Shown: positions 51,431 through 63,590 of the stretch, piece after piece
Numbering within the stretch: the first letter of the stretch is position 1
How the letters are laid out: each line of letters starts with the position of its first letter
NCBI RefSeq assembly: GCF_018350175.1
Contig: NC_058368.1
Location: forward strand, 27,282,001 to 27,346,000
Source of the DNA: Felis catus
Taxonomy: Eukaryota
Direction: 5' to 3'
DNA length: 64,000 bases
Notes under the pieces: model-generated
What the model was told of the DNA's origin: nothing
What the model saw: only the letters and a program-made list of their open reading frames with translations
Databases searched by the model: none
Position numbers and translations under genes: made by a program

Positions 51431-51890
51431 AGTTCAAAATACTTTCTAATTCCCCTTTTGATTTCTTCCTTGAAGGTTGTTCAGAAATATGTTAATTTAG
51501 TTTCTAAATATTTGGTGACTTTCCACATGTCCTTCTGTCATTTTTTTCTAATTTAATCCCGCTCTGGCCCAAGAATATACTCTGCACTTTTTATGATTTG
51601 TATCTTTGTAATTTCCTGAAGTTTGCTTGAGGCCTCGAATATGGCCTGTCTTGATAGATGTACTACATACACTTGAAAAGAATGTGTTTTCTGCTACTGC
51701 TGGGTGAAGCGTTCTGTAAGCGTTAGTTTAGGTCAAAACGGTTGATAGTGTTATTTAAGTTTTCTATATCCTTATTGATTTTTTGTCTGCTTGTCCTGGC
51801 AGATATTGAGAAGGGTTATCGACATCTCCGGTGTTGTGGATTTGTCTCTTTTCCCTTTCTGTGCCCCCACTTTTTACTTCATGCATTTTG

Positions 51891-52137
51891 GTTTTGGTTT
51901 TGTTTTAATATAATTTATTGTCAAACTGGTTTCCATACAACACCCAGTGCTCACCCCAACAAGTGCCCTCCTCCCTGCCCATCACCTGCTTCCCCCTCTG
52001 CCCCACCCTCCCATCTACCCCTTAGTTTGTTCTCAGTCCTTAAGACTCTCTTATGGTTTGCCTCCCTCCCTCTCTGTAGCTTTTTTTTCCCCCTTCTCCT
52101 CACCCATGGTCTTCTGTTAAGTTTCTCAAGATCCACA
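51891..52137 (-). mobile_element. Short carnivore L1 3'UTR insertion
   Basis: Same 3'UTR type as 46657; 17-bp TSD ttacttcatg(c/t)attttg at 51874-51890 and 52141-52157. Confidence 0.9.
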
Positions 52138-52201
52138 GTATTACTTCATGTATTTTGAAGTCTTCAGTGCATGAATGGTTGGGGTTGTTATGTTCTCTTG
52201 A

Positions 52202-52503
52202 TGAAATAAGTCAGAGAAAGACAAATACCATATGATTTCATTCATATGTGGAAGTTAAGAAACAAAACAAAGGAACAAAGAAAAAAGGAGACAAACCAAA
52301 TAACAGTCTCTTAACCACACAGAACAAACAGATGGCTACCAGAGGGATTGGGGTGGGTGGGAGTGGGTGAAATAGGTGAGGAGGATCTTTATGAGTACCA
52401 AGTAATATATAGAATTATTGAATTACTGTATTGTACACCTGAAACTAATATAAAACTAATTCCAGTATGTTAACTATACTGGATTTAAAACTTATAAAAT
52501 AAA
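52202..52503 (+). mobile_element. Carnivore L1 3' end in sense orientation
   Basis: gaaataagtcagagaaagacaaataccatatgatttca...tgtacacctgaaactaatata...aaataaa. Confidence 0.85.
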
Positions 52504-53157
52504 GTAGGTCTCTTATAGGCAGCATGTAGTTAGGTCTTAATTTTTTTAATCCAATCTAACAGGGTTTTGCCTTTTAATTGGGGTCTTACTTATATTTAAT
52601 ATGATTGTCAGTATGATTGGGCACTTGTTTTAATAAATCTTATTAATTGATTTTATTTGTCTATTCTGTTCTTTATTCTATCTTTTCTATTTTTGTGCCT
52701 TATGTTGAATTATCTTGTAGGATTTTGATTATATCTCTTTTGTTGGCTTTACCACTTCACGTATAGTATAAGAACCATAAACAGTATAATTTTACTTCCA
52801 CCCTCCTTGTCCTATGTTATTTGCTGTCATACATTGTATACATACATTAAAAAGACAAAATACATTGTTAGCATATTTGATTTTTTCTGCCAATTGTCTC
52901 TTAAATAAATAATGAAAAGTCTTTTATGTTGAACCACACATTTCCAATGTTCTTCACTCCTTTGTGTAGATTAAGATTTGTACTTCATATCATTTTTCTT
53001 TGCCTAAAGGGCTGCCTTTAATATTTCTTACAGTGTGGATCTGCTGGTGATTGATTTTTTTCGTTTCTGTCTGAAAAATTCTTTATGTTGTTTGCACTAT
53101 TGGACATCTTCACTGGATATAGAACTCTAGGTTGACATATTTTTTAATTTCAGTTCT

Positions 53158-53392
53158 TTTTTTTTTTTTTTTTTTTTAAATTTTTTTTTCAACATTTATT
53201 TATTTTTGGGACAGAGAGAGACAGAGCATGAACAGGGGAGGGGCAGAGAGAGAGGGAGACACAGAATCGGAAACAGGCTCCAGGCTCTGAGCCATCAGCC
53301 CAGAGCCTGACGCGGGGCTCGAACTCACGGACTGCAAGATCGTGACCTGGCTGAAGTCGGACGCTTAACCGACTGTGCCACCCAGGCGCCCC
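53158..53392 (-). mobile_element. Young SINEC_Fc
   Basis: TSD taatttcagttctt. Confidence 0.95.
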
Positions 53393-53758
53393 TAATTTCA
53401 GTTCTTAATAACAGTCACTCCAATGTCTTTTGGCTTGCATTGTTTTCAGCACAAAATATGCTTTCATTGTTACCTTTTTTCCTTTGTACATAACACATCT
53501 TCTTCCTCTGGATGCTTTTGGGAAGTTGTCCCTATCACTGATTTTAAGTAACTTATTATGCTACGTCCTGGTATACTTCTCTTTGTATCTGTTGTACCTC
53601 ATATCGTTGAACTCCTTGCATCTGTGAGTTTATAGTTTCACCCAATTTGGATGATCTTCAGCCATCATTTCTTCAAATATTTTTCTGACCCCATCTCTTT
53701 TCTTCAGGGAATTTAATTACAAGTATATTAGGCTGATGACAGTTTTCCTACAGCTCTT

Positions 53759-53983
53759 TCTTTTTTTTTAATTTTTTTTTAACGTTTATTTATTTTTGAG
53801 ACAGAGAGAGACAGAGCATGAATGGGGGAGGGTCAGAGAGAGAGGGAGACACAGAATCGGAAACAGGCTCCAGGCTCTGAGCGGTCAGCACAGAGCCCGA
53901 CGCGGGGCTCGAACTCACGGACTGTGAGATCGTGACCTGAGCCGAAGTCAGCCGCTTAACCGACTGAGCCACCCAGGCGCCCC
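53759..53983 (-). mobile_element. Young SINEC_Fc
   Basis: TSD tcctacagctctttctt. Confidence 0.95.
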
Positions 53984-54385
53984 TCCTACAGCTCTTTCTT
54001 ATGCTGGGTTCATTTTGTTGTTGTTGTTCTTCTTGTTGTCACTTCTTATCCCTGTGTTTTATTTCAGATAGTTTCTATTGCTGTGTCTGCACAATCACTA
54101 ACTTTTCAATTCAATGTCTAATCTGTTAATTTCATGCAGTATATTTTCACCTCATACATTTTAGCTCTCATCTCTGGACGTTCTGTTCAAGACTTCCATG
54201 TATCTTTTTAACACTACATTCTTGAATATATGGAACAGTGATAACCATCTTAATATCTTTGTCCACTAATTCTGTCATCTGTGTCATTTATGTTTTCTTT
54301 CTATTGATTTATTTTTTTTCCTTATTATGGGTCATTTTTTTCCTGCTCCTTGTATTCCTGGTGTATTTTATTTATTTGTTAGTTC

Positions 54386-54387
<2 letters not shown>

Positions 54388-54427
<40 letters not shown>
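54388..54427. repeat. (TTA)n microsatellite
   Basis: Seen directly. Confidence 0.95.
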
Positions 54428-54428
<1 letters not shown>

Positions 54429-54865
54429 CTGCTGTAACTAGTAACCACAAACTTAGTGACTTAAAAACAAATTTATTATCTTACAGTTCTGTAGGTTAGA
54501 AAGCCTCCCTGGTCTTAGTCAAGGGGTCATGAGGACTGTATTCCTTTCTAGAGGCTCCAGGCTCCATATTCTGTCTGTTTCCTGGCCTTTTCTAACTTCT
54601 AGACACTGCCCGTATCCCACGACTTGTGGTCTCCTTCCATCTTCAAATCCAGCAATGACTCTCACATTAAATCACTCTAACTTTCTCTTCTGCCTCTCTC
54701 ATCCCCTTTTAAGGACTCTTGTGATTCTGTTGGGCTCCATGGAATAAGCCAGGATAGTCTCTTTATCTTTATCTTAAGGTCAGCTGATTAGCAGCCTTGA
54801 TGCTGTCTTTAGCCTTAATTCCCCTTAGCCACACAAATAACATATTCACAGGTTTAGGGGTTAGC
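54428..54865 (-). mobile_element. MaLR LTR (MLT1-type)
   Basis: gctgtaac...accacaaacttagtgacttaaaaacaaatttattatcttacagttctgtagg...ttaaggtcagctgattagca...catattcacaggt. Confidence 0.8.
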
Positions 54866-55924
54866 CCAGCACACCTGGTAATTTTTCCATGGTTGCCAGA
54901 CGTGGTGAATTTCACCTTCTTAGGTGCTGGATATTTTTGCATTCCTAAAAAGTCCTTGAGGTTTATTATAGGACAGATTTAAATTTATTGGAAACAGTTT
55001 GAGCCTTTCGAGACTTGCCTTTTAAGTTTTGTTAGGGCTAATTTTGCCCTACTCCTGGGACAGTACCTTTCTGAGTATTCTACACAATACCTCATGAATT
55101 CTGAGGCTTTTCTACTCTAGCTGAAGGGAACATGAACTCTTCTTTTGTGTTCTCTATGGATTATTCCTGGAATCCTTTGGGCGGTTCTTCTCCAGCCTTG
55201 AGTAGTTGCCCCACATGCATACACTGATTGGCTCTCGGCTGAAGACTCAAGACGGGCCTGCTTTAAATCTCCGAGCTGTGCGTGTGTGTTTGTGCGCGCA
55301 CGTGTGCGCGCCCATGTGTCCGTATGCATGTGTGTGTGTGCAGTTCTCTCAGGTACTCCACCCTGCAAACCCCTGTGACCTTGGCCTTCTCAAACTACCA
55401 GCTCTATCTTTAATCAGGGAGACTTCTGGGCGCCTCTGGGGTTCCCCCTCCCTGGGCCATAGCCTGAAACTCTCTTTTGGCAGGAATCTCTCTCGGCCAG
55501 GCAATCATATGGCTCACTTTGTTTGTTTCTCTACTCTCAGGACTCAGTATCTTGCGCTGCATGAGATCCCATAGCTGAAAACCTTGTTGCACACATTTTA
55601 TCTAGGTTTTTAGTTGTTTCAGGTGGGAGAGTATATCCTGTGTCTGTGACTCTTTCCTTGCCAGAGGTAGAAGTCAAACATTTGTTACTTGCCACATATT
55701 CCATTTCGATAAGGGCAACAATGATACCCAAATATTTAACCACGGCTAGGTCCTGGGCACTGACCAAACAGAACAGATAGATGCTGGGCTTAAACAGTGA
55801 TGTGTCCATACTGGTGTTTACCGGCTGAAGGTCAGTCCCGTGTAGTGCTGAAACCCATAATCCATCCAGCTCAGGGTTTTGTCACTGATGGCCCTGGCAA
55901 GCCAGCAAGACCTTTGCAGTAAGA

Positions 55925-56090
55925 CCCACCTGGATTTGAGTCCTGACTCTGACATTTCCAGCTGACCACTTAAAACTCCTCCATTCCCTAATTTTCTCTG
56001 CACTATTATAGTGAAGGCAACGTAGGGTAATGTATGGGCAGGTGCCTGGCATCTTGCCTGGCACCCAGAATACTCCGTAAACATGAGAAC
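55925..56090 (+). mobile_element. MIR
   Basis: cctggatttgagtcctgactctgac...gcctggcacccagaatactccgtaaa. Confidence 0.55.
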
Positions 56091-56724
56091 CGCTCCCCTT
56101 CCCAAACCTTCCTCCATGATCCATTCGGATCCCTGGGTGCTCTACCAACAGTAGAGTTTTACTCAGAGGGCCATTCACCCAGGAGAAAGAAAGGACCATC
56201 CCCCCAAGCTTTGCCTGTGGGGGAGGGGATCCAAAAGACGCAACTGTGAGGCAGCCACGGAAGGGAGAGTGGGCGTAGTGATCTTTCGAGTGAAAGAAAC
56301 CTCCCTGTTGGGGTGGTACGAAGTCAGTCCACGGGAGCTTGTACCCAGCCACAGGAGAGGGCAGCGCAAGGCACGTCAGCCCCAGCCCGTTGTGGAGAGG
56401 GTGACGGCAGGGGGACAGGTACCTGAATTCAGTTAGAAGGGAGTGGCAGGAGTTGGTCTGAGACCTCTCTGCTTCTTAAGGTGATGACACTCCACAGCTG
56501 TCCTACCACAGCCCCTTGACAAACGGTGGCAAAGGGGGGACAGCATGAGGGATGCTTTTGTAGGACTGGATTTCTCTGGCATCCTCCTCAGGAATTAGGA
56601 TTTACCTCTGACACATATGACTCATTCTCCATAATCCACTGTGAGAGCATGTCAGGCATGAGCTCTACACCGATGGTCTGCCTTTTCATTTTCTTTTAGG
56701 GTACTTTTCAACAAATGAAAATAC

Positions 56725-56941
56725 TTTTTTAATTTTCTTTTTAATGTTTATTTATTTTTGAGAGAGAGAGCGAGAGAGCAGGGGAGGGGAAGAGAGAGAG
56801 AGGGAGACACAGAATCCAAAGCAGGCTCCAGGCTCTGAGCTGTCAGCACAGAGCCCGATGCGGGCCTCAAACCCACGAACCGTGAGCTCATGACCTGAGC
56901 CGAAGTCATACGCCCAACCGACTGAGCCACCCAGGTGCCCC
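56725..56941 (-). mobile_element. CanSINE
   Basis: T tail, GA tract, head. Confidence 0.93.
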
Positions 56942-58257
56942 AAAGATATTTTTTTGTCACTTTCATTTTCTCTGAAAGTTTCTGTCTTTCTGGAAGCACA
57001 CAAAGCTCAAACATTTGTCTTCAAGCTTTTTGTATCCCCAGCACCTACTGCACACCTGAGCACAAGAGCCTGTTGATGACAGACAGTATTTTTGATGGAC
57101 GTGTCATTGAGTTCTTTGTTCAAAACATGGAATGAAGATATTGAGCAGAAAAGGCCCCAGGATAAATCCTCCTGAGACACACTTGATACCTCCTTCCAGT
57201 TTATTCTATTTTATTTTGGTAGAACTTAGCTCTGTTTGTTCAACAAACACTTTATGCTTGAGATTATTCTTGTCCCTCGTGCCTCCGTCCCGTCGCTGTG
57301 ATGGAAGGAAGTTAAATACCTGCGATAAGGTTTCCAAATTCTTTTGACTGACTTACCAAATGTATTTGAAAGAAAAAAAAAATGTGATGATCTGGTATTC
57401 TTACCGTAAAAAATAATATGGAAAATTGAATAAGGGTACGAAAGCCCCAGCTAACTAACATTTCTATTCTGGCTTTCCTGACAAATGCAAATTCCCCGAA
57501 CATTCCTGTGACGACAAGCAGATACAGATTAGGGAGGCCTTGGACTCTGTCTCCGACAAATCTATACTTTGTAACCTCAGTCCTCCGCACCAGGGGCACT
57601 TTTGATGTAAACTCAGCCTGAAGAAAGTCTGCTGATCCCGACTGCCCTCAGTATTAAGAAGAGGAGAAAAATATATAATGATATAGCCAAAGGAAGATAA
57701 ATAAAACACCCGGCAGTCCTCTGCCCTCAAAGCGTCATTTGATAAATGCAGTGAAAATGACTGCTCTTGAAAGTGTGGCCCCCGTCCCGAGGGACAGCTG
57801 CTGTCTGACTTGGGTACGTATTTACAGAGTGCTCTGTGCTTGGGTTTGAGGACGCGGTGGCTCAGCTAGATAGATACTTGCAACGAGGAAGGCCACTTGT
57901 AATTCAGAGCGTGGACAGGCTCTTTTCAGGATGATAGCACAGGTGCTGTGTATGCCTCCCTAATTTCGCTGCCACTTTCTAATGCGGCTGTGTACCCGTG
58001 TGTCTGTGTCACAGCGCACTGGGCACCTTAGACCAGGGGTCCTGACTTACCTCTGCGCCCCCTGCATCTAGCACATTGCTTAGCAACCTTGTAGACGATG
58101 AATAATGTTCAATGAGCACATTCATCAGGGGGATGCAGGAGAGGGCAGTATGCCGCTCAGATCCTCAATTTTTTCAGCTGTAAAACTTAGGGGATGCCCC
58201 TAACGTGGAAACGGCAGAGTTCTACCGAGTCCATGGGTTACAGCACGAAGAGCAAGG

Positions 58258-58281
58258 ACCACACGCACTCACACACGCCGA

Positions 58282-58323
<42 letters not shown>
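58258..58323. repeat. (CA)n microsatellite
   Basis: Seen directly. Confidence 0.95.
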
Positions 58324-58324
<1 letters not shown>

Positions 58325-58905
58325 CCTCCCTGTCCTTCTCCCTCCCTCCCTTCTCCTCCCTCCTGCCATGTTTGTGTATACTCTAAAGCACAATAATATA
58401 TGGGATAATATATTGAATTCTCTTCCTGCACAAAATAAGCACTTAGCATCATCGTGGAGCCCCAGAGGCCTTTGAAAGAGGAAAAATCTTAACTATAATT
58501 TACATTTGTGTATTGATTTCCTTGTTTGTGAATCACTGGCTTATAAATGCCCATCATATAATTGGGCCTCCATAATAACAATGAGGTAGGCACGGAAGGT
58601 TTTGGCCTTACATGTGAGATGAGGAACCTCCTGTGGATGGGACGGAAGGCCAGATGGGGTGCATCCTGGCTCTGTCCTTCTGCTCTGTGCACGCCTGGAG
58701 ACCTCACACAGCTAGACTCTCATCACAGCCAGTACAGCCTGGACCACAGTTTGCTTCTCCCCCCATTCCAGTGATGTTGCCGACAAATGTCTTTAGTCTC
58801 CCTGACCTCCACTTCCTCATTCGTGTGTAAAGGGCGGGGGGAAGCCTTGGAGAGATGTAATGAAAACTAGCTTATTAAATGATTGAAAAAGGACTTCGAA
58901 AGTAC

Positions 58906-58959
58906 GGTGTTGCATAAAGGTAACATAAAGGGTGTTGCATAAAGGTTGCATAAAGGGTG
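58906..58959. repeat. 25-bp tandem duplication built from ~10-bp TTGCATAAAG subunits
   Basis: ggtgttgcataaaggtaacataaag / ggtgttgcataaaggttgcataaag / ggtg. Confidence 0.9.
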
Positions 58960-59371
58960 CCTCTGGGGATGGGAATGAGAGGTAGAGCCCTGAATGAAGA
59001 ACAAAAACATTCTTTGAATTTACAACTAGACAGAAAATGATGAACTTCAAATGCAAATCTGGGTAATGGTCTGTGCTTTCAACCTTGAACTCTCCAGGGG
59101 GCATGTTTGGGGTATGTTTTTCATGTGAGAAATGAGTTCTCTGAGTTTTTAATATTGAGGGGTCCACACTGTAAAGGGAAACACTAGCAGACAAGGTGCT
59201 GAGAAATACTTCTCAAGGTATGCTACCCTCAGCCCGGAAGGCTGAATTAGTTTTAAATGGCAATCTAGTACTTAAACCATTCCACTTTAGTTTACTTCTC
59301 TGAAAAATTACTCAAGGTGTTTGTCAGAAATGGCAGGCTATCAGAGACTATGACTTGGCATTGATGCTTTC

Positions 59372-59578
59372 TTTTTTTTTTTAATGTTTATTTATTTATT
59401 AAAGAGAGAGACATAGGACATGAGCAGGGGAGGGGCAGAGGGAGAGGGAGGCACAGAATCTGAAGCAGGCTCCAGGCTCCCAGCTGTCAGCAACATACAG
59501 CCCCATGTGGGGCGAACCGTGAGATCATGACTTGAGCCCAAGTTGGATGCTTAACTGACTAACCCATCCAGGCGCCCC
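59372..59578 (-). mobile_element. CanSINE
   Basis: T tail, GA tract, ccaggcgcccc. Confidence 0.9.
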
Positions 59579-59693
59579 AACACTTTCTAAATTAAAATGC
59601 ATATCAACATGTGCATAACTCCATCTAGCCAGAGCCTTGGATGTAACAGTATTTTTAAAGTCTGGTGCTGCTTGACTTAAATTTATTAAAAAG

Positions 59694-59694
<1 letters not shown>

Positions 59695-59746
<52 letters not shown>

Positions 59747-59779
59747 TGTGTGTGCGCGCGCGCGTGTGTGTGTGTGTGT
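59695..59779. repeat. (TG)n(CG)n microsatellite
   Basis: Seen directly. Confidence 0.95.
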
Positions 59780-60219
59780 AAAGAAACTTAATAACATAGG
59801 CATATTCATTTAGATGAATAAAATAGTATTTCAATGGAAAAGCTAAGTTTAGGGAGAATGATATGCCAAACATATGAATGAGCCCAGTTGGTGAATTTGG
59901 GTACAAAAAGCTAATCTTCTTGGCAGAAAAAGCAGAGAGGAAATAGCTCTGTACTCTATAATTCTCATTTCCAGGCACTGACAAACATCTTGGGCCTTTG
60001 GGGGTAGAGGGGACAACAACAACAAACAACAAACTGTCGGAGAAATTCCTCCGATGGCAAGACTATACGGCACCGCCTCTTCGAAAGGACACCAAGGCAG
60101 TGTCGTCTGAGCTATACTGTGTAGTATGCACATGCAGAAAGGCACGCACGCAAATATATTTATCATTAAAGATTGAATGCAATATAATTAAACAAATACA
60201 TTAAATATTTTAAATGGTG

Positions 60220-60420
60220 GCTAATATGTATGGAGGGCTTCCTCTACCAGGCACTGTTTTAACCCCTTTATATATTTTAACTCACTCACTCCTCGCAACA
60301 AGCCTGTCGATGTAAATATTATCTTTTACCTTTTCGCACATTAAGATCTGCGGTGTAAGGAGGCTGGGAGTCAGGGCAGGAGGGCGTGAGCCTGTTCTTG
60401 AGCCCAGGGCTCGGGTGGCC
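60220..60420 (-). mobile_element. MIR, degraded
   Basis: gagggcttcctctaccaggcactgttttaa...actcactcactcctcgcaacaagcctg. Confidence 0.55.
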
Positions 60421-61468
60421 CCTCCCTCCGTTGCCGCCTGGCCCTTGGATTGCCCTTTTCTTTCCATCTTCCACTCTTATGTCTTCGCAGCCTATTGTCC
60501 TGGCCCACGCAGTCGAGTAGGAAAATTAAATTAATATTAGATCAGTCTGTGATTTTCAAACAACACACGACTCGGAAGTTTCCTTTAGGAGTGTTCATGG
60601 TGTGTTTGCTTTCAAAAGAGGCTCTATTTTCTCCCCCAGCCGAGGGCTATATGCTGATCTCATTTAAAGAGACCAACTCTGGGTTGCTTCAATCCCTTCA
60701 AGCAGTAAGTTTAAATTGAAACCTACATAAATTGTTTAAAATAATATGATGTGAATGTTTTCTTTGAAGCTAAATATTGAATAAGTTTTCCTTTGTTCTT
60801 GTTTAAATTTATGAGATGTTACCTATCTCCCGGATGCCTTTGTAAACTGAAACTAAGGCGGATAAATAAAATCAAAAGGTTAGCCCTTGCATATTATCTT
60901 GGGAAGATGCAGGTTTCCAAGGGAAGATCTGTGAAGACGTTTACATGCCATGAAATACCACCCCCGCTGTCACGACCGCTGACTGCAGAGGTCTCTATAT
61001 CAATATGACGCCGGGCTATTACCGGACTTCAGAGAAGAACAGAGCGAGAAGGCATTGAATGCCAGAAAGAAATGTGTTGACATAAATTATTTAGTCTTTC
61101 CCTATATACTCAGAGGGTCCCCATCCTTAAAAAGCTAGATAGATAGGTAGATAGATAGATGGATGGATAAATACTTAAGAATTAAAGAGTGCCTCTTACA
61201 TGCTTGACTGAATATTCAAAAACATTTTCCAGGACTCCATAGCGTTTTGCCTCTCCGTTCTGCCTCTGTGCCATAAGTCTGTCAGTTGGTTCAAAGCACA
61301 GAACACCAATAGCTTATTCAGGCCTTTTTTTCCTACCATTATGTAACAGTCCTGCTGTACAAAGTCACATAACGTCGTACAGAGAGAAAATTAATCATCA
61401 GCTAATGAGATGGGGATGTGAAAAGAAGTTTGAAAGAAGTAATTTGGAAGCCCCAATTAACGGCCTAT

Positions 61469-61499
61469 TCCCGTGGGTCTCCCGTGGGTCTCCCGTGGG
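61469..61499. repeat. 11-bp tandem repeat (TCCCGTGGGTC) x2.8
   Basis: tcccgtgggtc tcccgtgggtc tcccgtggg. Confidence 0.9.
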
Positions 61500-61784
61500 C
61501 ATGACTGGCTGATCCAGGTTCAGGGGTGTAAGAAGGGCGTGGGGGGAAGGAAGAAGATACAGAAGGCACAGCCTCTGGGCATACACAGCGGCTTTTGCAA
61601 TCTTCCAGATGAGAACTGATAGGCACCTATATAGCAGTGGGAACAAAAAACGATGATGTGGGAAAAGCCTTTCAAAGGGAAGTCTGTCTAAAAGGTTCTG
61701 GCATGTGACCACATGTGGTTGCTACCAAGGTTTTAAACTAGGAACTGAGAGGAAGGGGAATTGCCGTTAAAAGAAATAGGCAAG

Positions 61785-61956
61785 GGGGCACCTGGATGGC
61801 TCAGTCAGTTAAGTGTCTGGCTCTTGATTCCGGCTCAGGTCATGATCTCACAGTTGATGAGTTCAAGCCCCGTGTTGGGCTCTGCACTGACAGTGAGAAG
61901 CCTGCTTGGGATTCTCTCTCTCCCTCTCTCTCTGCCCCTTCCCTGCTTGTGCATGC

Positions 61957-62009
<53 letters not shown>

Positions 62010-62035
62010 ACAAACAAAGAAACAAACAAACAAAA
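61785..62035 (+). mobile_element. CanSINE with long (CT)n
   Basis: TSD aaagaaa(t/g)aggcaag. Confidence 0.93.
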
Positions 62036-62484
62036 GAAAGAGGCAAGTCCTGAAGCTATTTACTCCATCCAGGCGTGTGCAATGGAGATGGGGTCGGAAG
62101 GAAGGTCTGGACGCTGTAATCAGGGTGCGTTTTGACACGTATAAAAAGAAGCATGGAGGGTGCCAGCAGGCCACAGAGCAGAGAAAATAACTTAGCAAGA
62201 GCTTATAATGCAAGGAATTAAGAGCGACCCCATGCACAGTGAGAATTTGGCATTGCTCCTCAGAACTGGGAATCAATGACTTGAGTTCAGGAGAAGTAAA
62301 TGTTAGGGGGAAGGAGTCTATGCAGATATGTCTAAGAGGGTCTTCCCTGGCCGAGTCTGACCTGCAAGGAGAAATTAGACGGGGTGGGAACTTTAAGAAG
62401 GAGCTGTCTTGCCATTGTATAGATTTTGAGGGCCGGGAGGGAAAATTCGAGATGGGAGGAGAACCTAAGAAGCAAGGTTTTGGC

Positions 62485-62722
62485 GGGGGGGGGGGGGGGG
62501 GGGGGGCCACCTGGGTGGCTCAGTCAGTTAAGCATTCCAACTTTGGCTCAGGTAGTGATCTCACGGTTCATGAGTCCGAGCTCTGTGTTGGGCTCTGTGC
62601 TGACAGCTCAGAGCCTGGAACCTGCTGTAGATTCTGTGTCTCCCTCTCTCTCTGCCCCTCGCGTGCTCACGCTCTTTCTCTTTCTCTCAAAAATAAATAA
62701 ACATTAAAAAATTAAAAAAAAA
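62485..62722 (+). mobile_element. CanSINE with a 22-G run at its 5' end
   Basis: G22 then ccacctgggtggctcag...; TSD aag(g/a)ttttgg. Confidence 0.92.
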
Positions 62723-63419
62723 AGATTTTGGAAAATCCAATGAAAAATGCAAACTCTTGTATTTAGTTTTAAAACATCAACTGCAAAGTTGCATAACGGC
62801 ATCCTGCAGAGACACAACACCCGTGTTCTAGTTGAGTGAGGTTAGTTGATGCATGTCAGCTCCGTGATGGGACTGTCAAAAGTCTCGTGCCGTGAGATGA
62901 CGTGAAGCCTTCCACAGAGGCCTGGCACAAAGCAAGCATTCAAACACGACCGTTGCTTTTTAATCATAATGTACCAAGTCAGCCGAAAGCATAGACTTCA
63001 GAATTAAGAAGGGTCGAAATCCCTGCCAGTCCTCTAGGTCAGCTTCTATTGGGGCCTATTTCTGGGACTAACCCCCTAGACTCAGAAAGGGTGGGTTTTA
63101 GAGGAAGTCACCTGTGGAGAGGCTAAGGGGAGCAGGGTCCCTGGGGCCCGGCGGGTGCTCCTATGAGCTTTCTTCGTGGATTTGACCAGCAGCAGGAGGA
63201 CAGGGGAGCAGACTTGTGACGACAGCCCAGGAGAGCAGAATAAAGACAATGGAGTTACTCCGGGATATCAGGTCCCGAGGCAACATACGAGACAGGTAAA
63301 CTTCTCACCGTGAAACCGTTAGTAGTGGAATGCACAGTCTTGGGAAGTCGTGAACATCCTGTCAGTAGCTGCGTCTTAGGGACGGCAGGGTGGACAGACA
63401 CTGGGGAACTCAGATGCAC

Positions 63420-63590
63420 ACTGGTGAAGCAGCAGGGACTCCGGGTCCTAATTTCAATTCCTCTCTTAACTGGCTGTGTCCCTTTGGGCAAGTCACTTCA
63501 CCTGTCTGAGCCTCGGTTTTCTCATCACGAAATCAAGAGGGTAGGACTAGGAAATACCCAGATCTCTTGCAGCTTTGAAAATTCACTGTG
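63420..63590 (+). mobile_element. MIR
   Basis: ctggctgtgtccctttgggcaagtcacttcacctgtctgagcctcggttttctcatc. Confidence 0.8.

Larger units (their letters stand above)
49683..55672 (-). mobile_element. Ancient L1M element retaining both ends, with large internal deletions and several younger insertions
   Basis: 3' end agctttaataaagtataattgacatacac; ORF2 remnant KINKTDKP...I.G..T (ORF 50674..50913); 5' end gtgactctttccttgccagaggtagaagtc. May be more than one element. Confidence 0.7.

Noticed and set aside
61863..62510. Longest ORF in the track (215 aa; poly-Pro, ER repeats)
   Set aside because: Made of the G22 run and (CT)n of two SINEs plus intervening DNA; no homology recognised.
1540..62707. 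Many similar ORFs beginning MAQSVKRPTSAQV... or containing RETEHERGRGRERG...
   Set aside because: These are translations of CanSINE copies, not a gene family.
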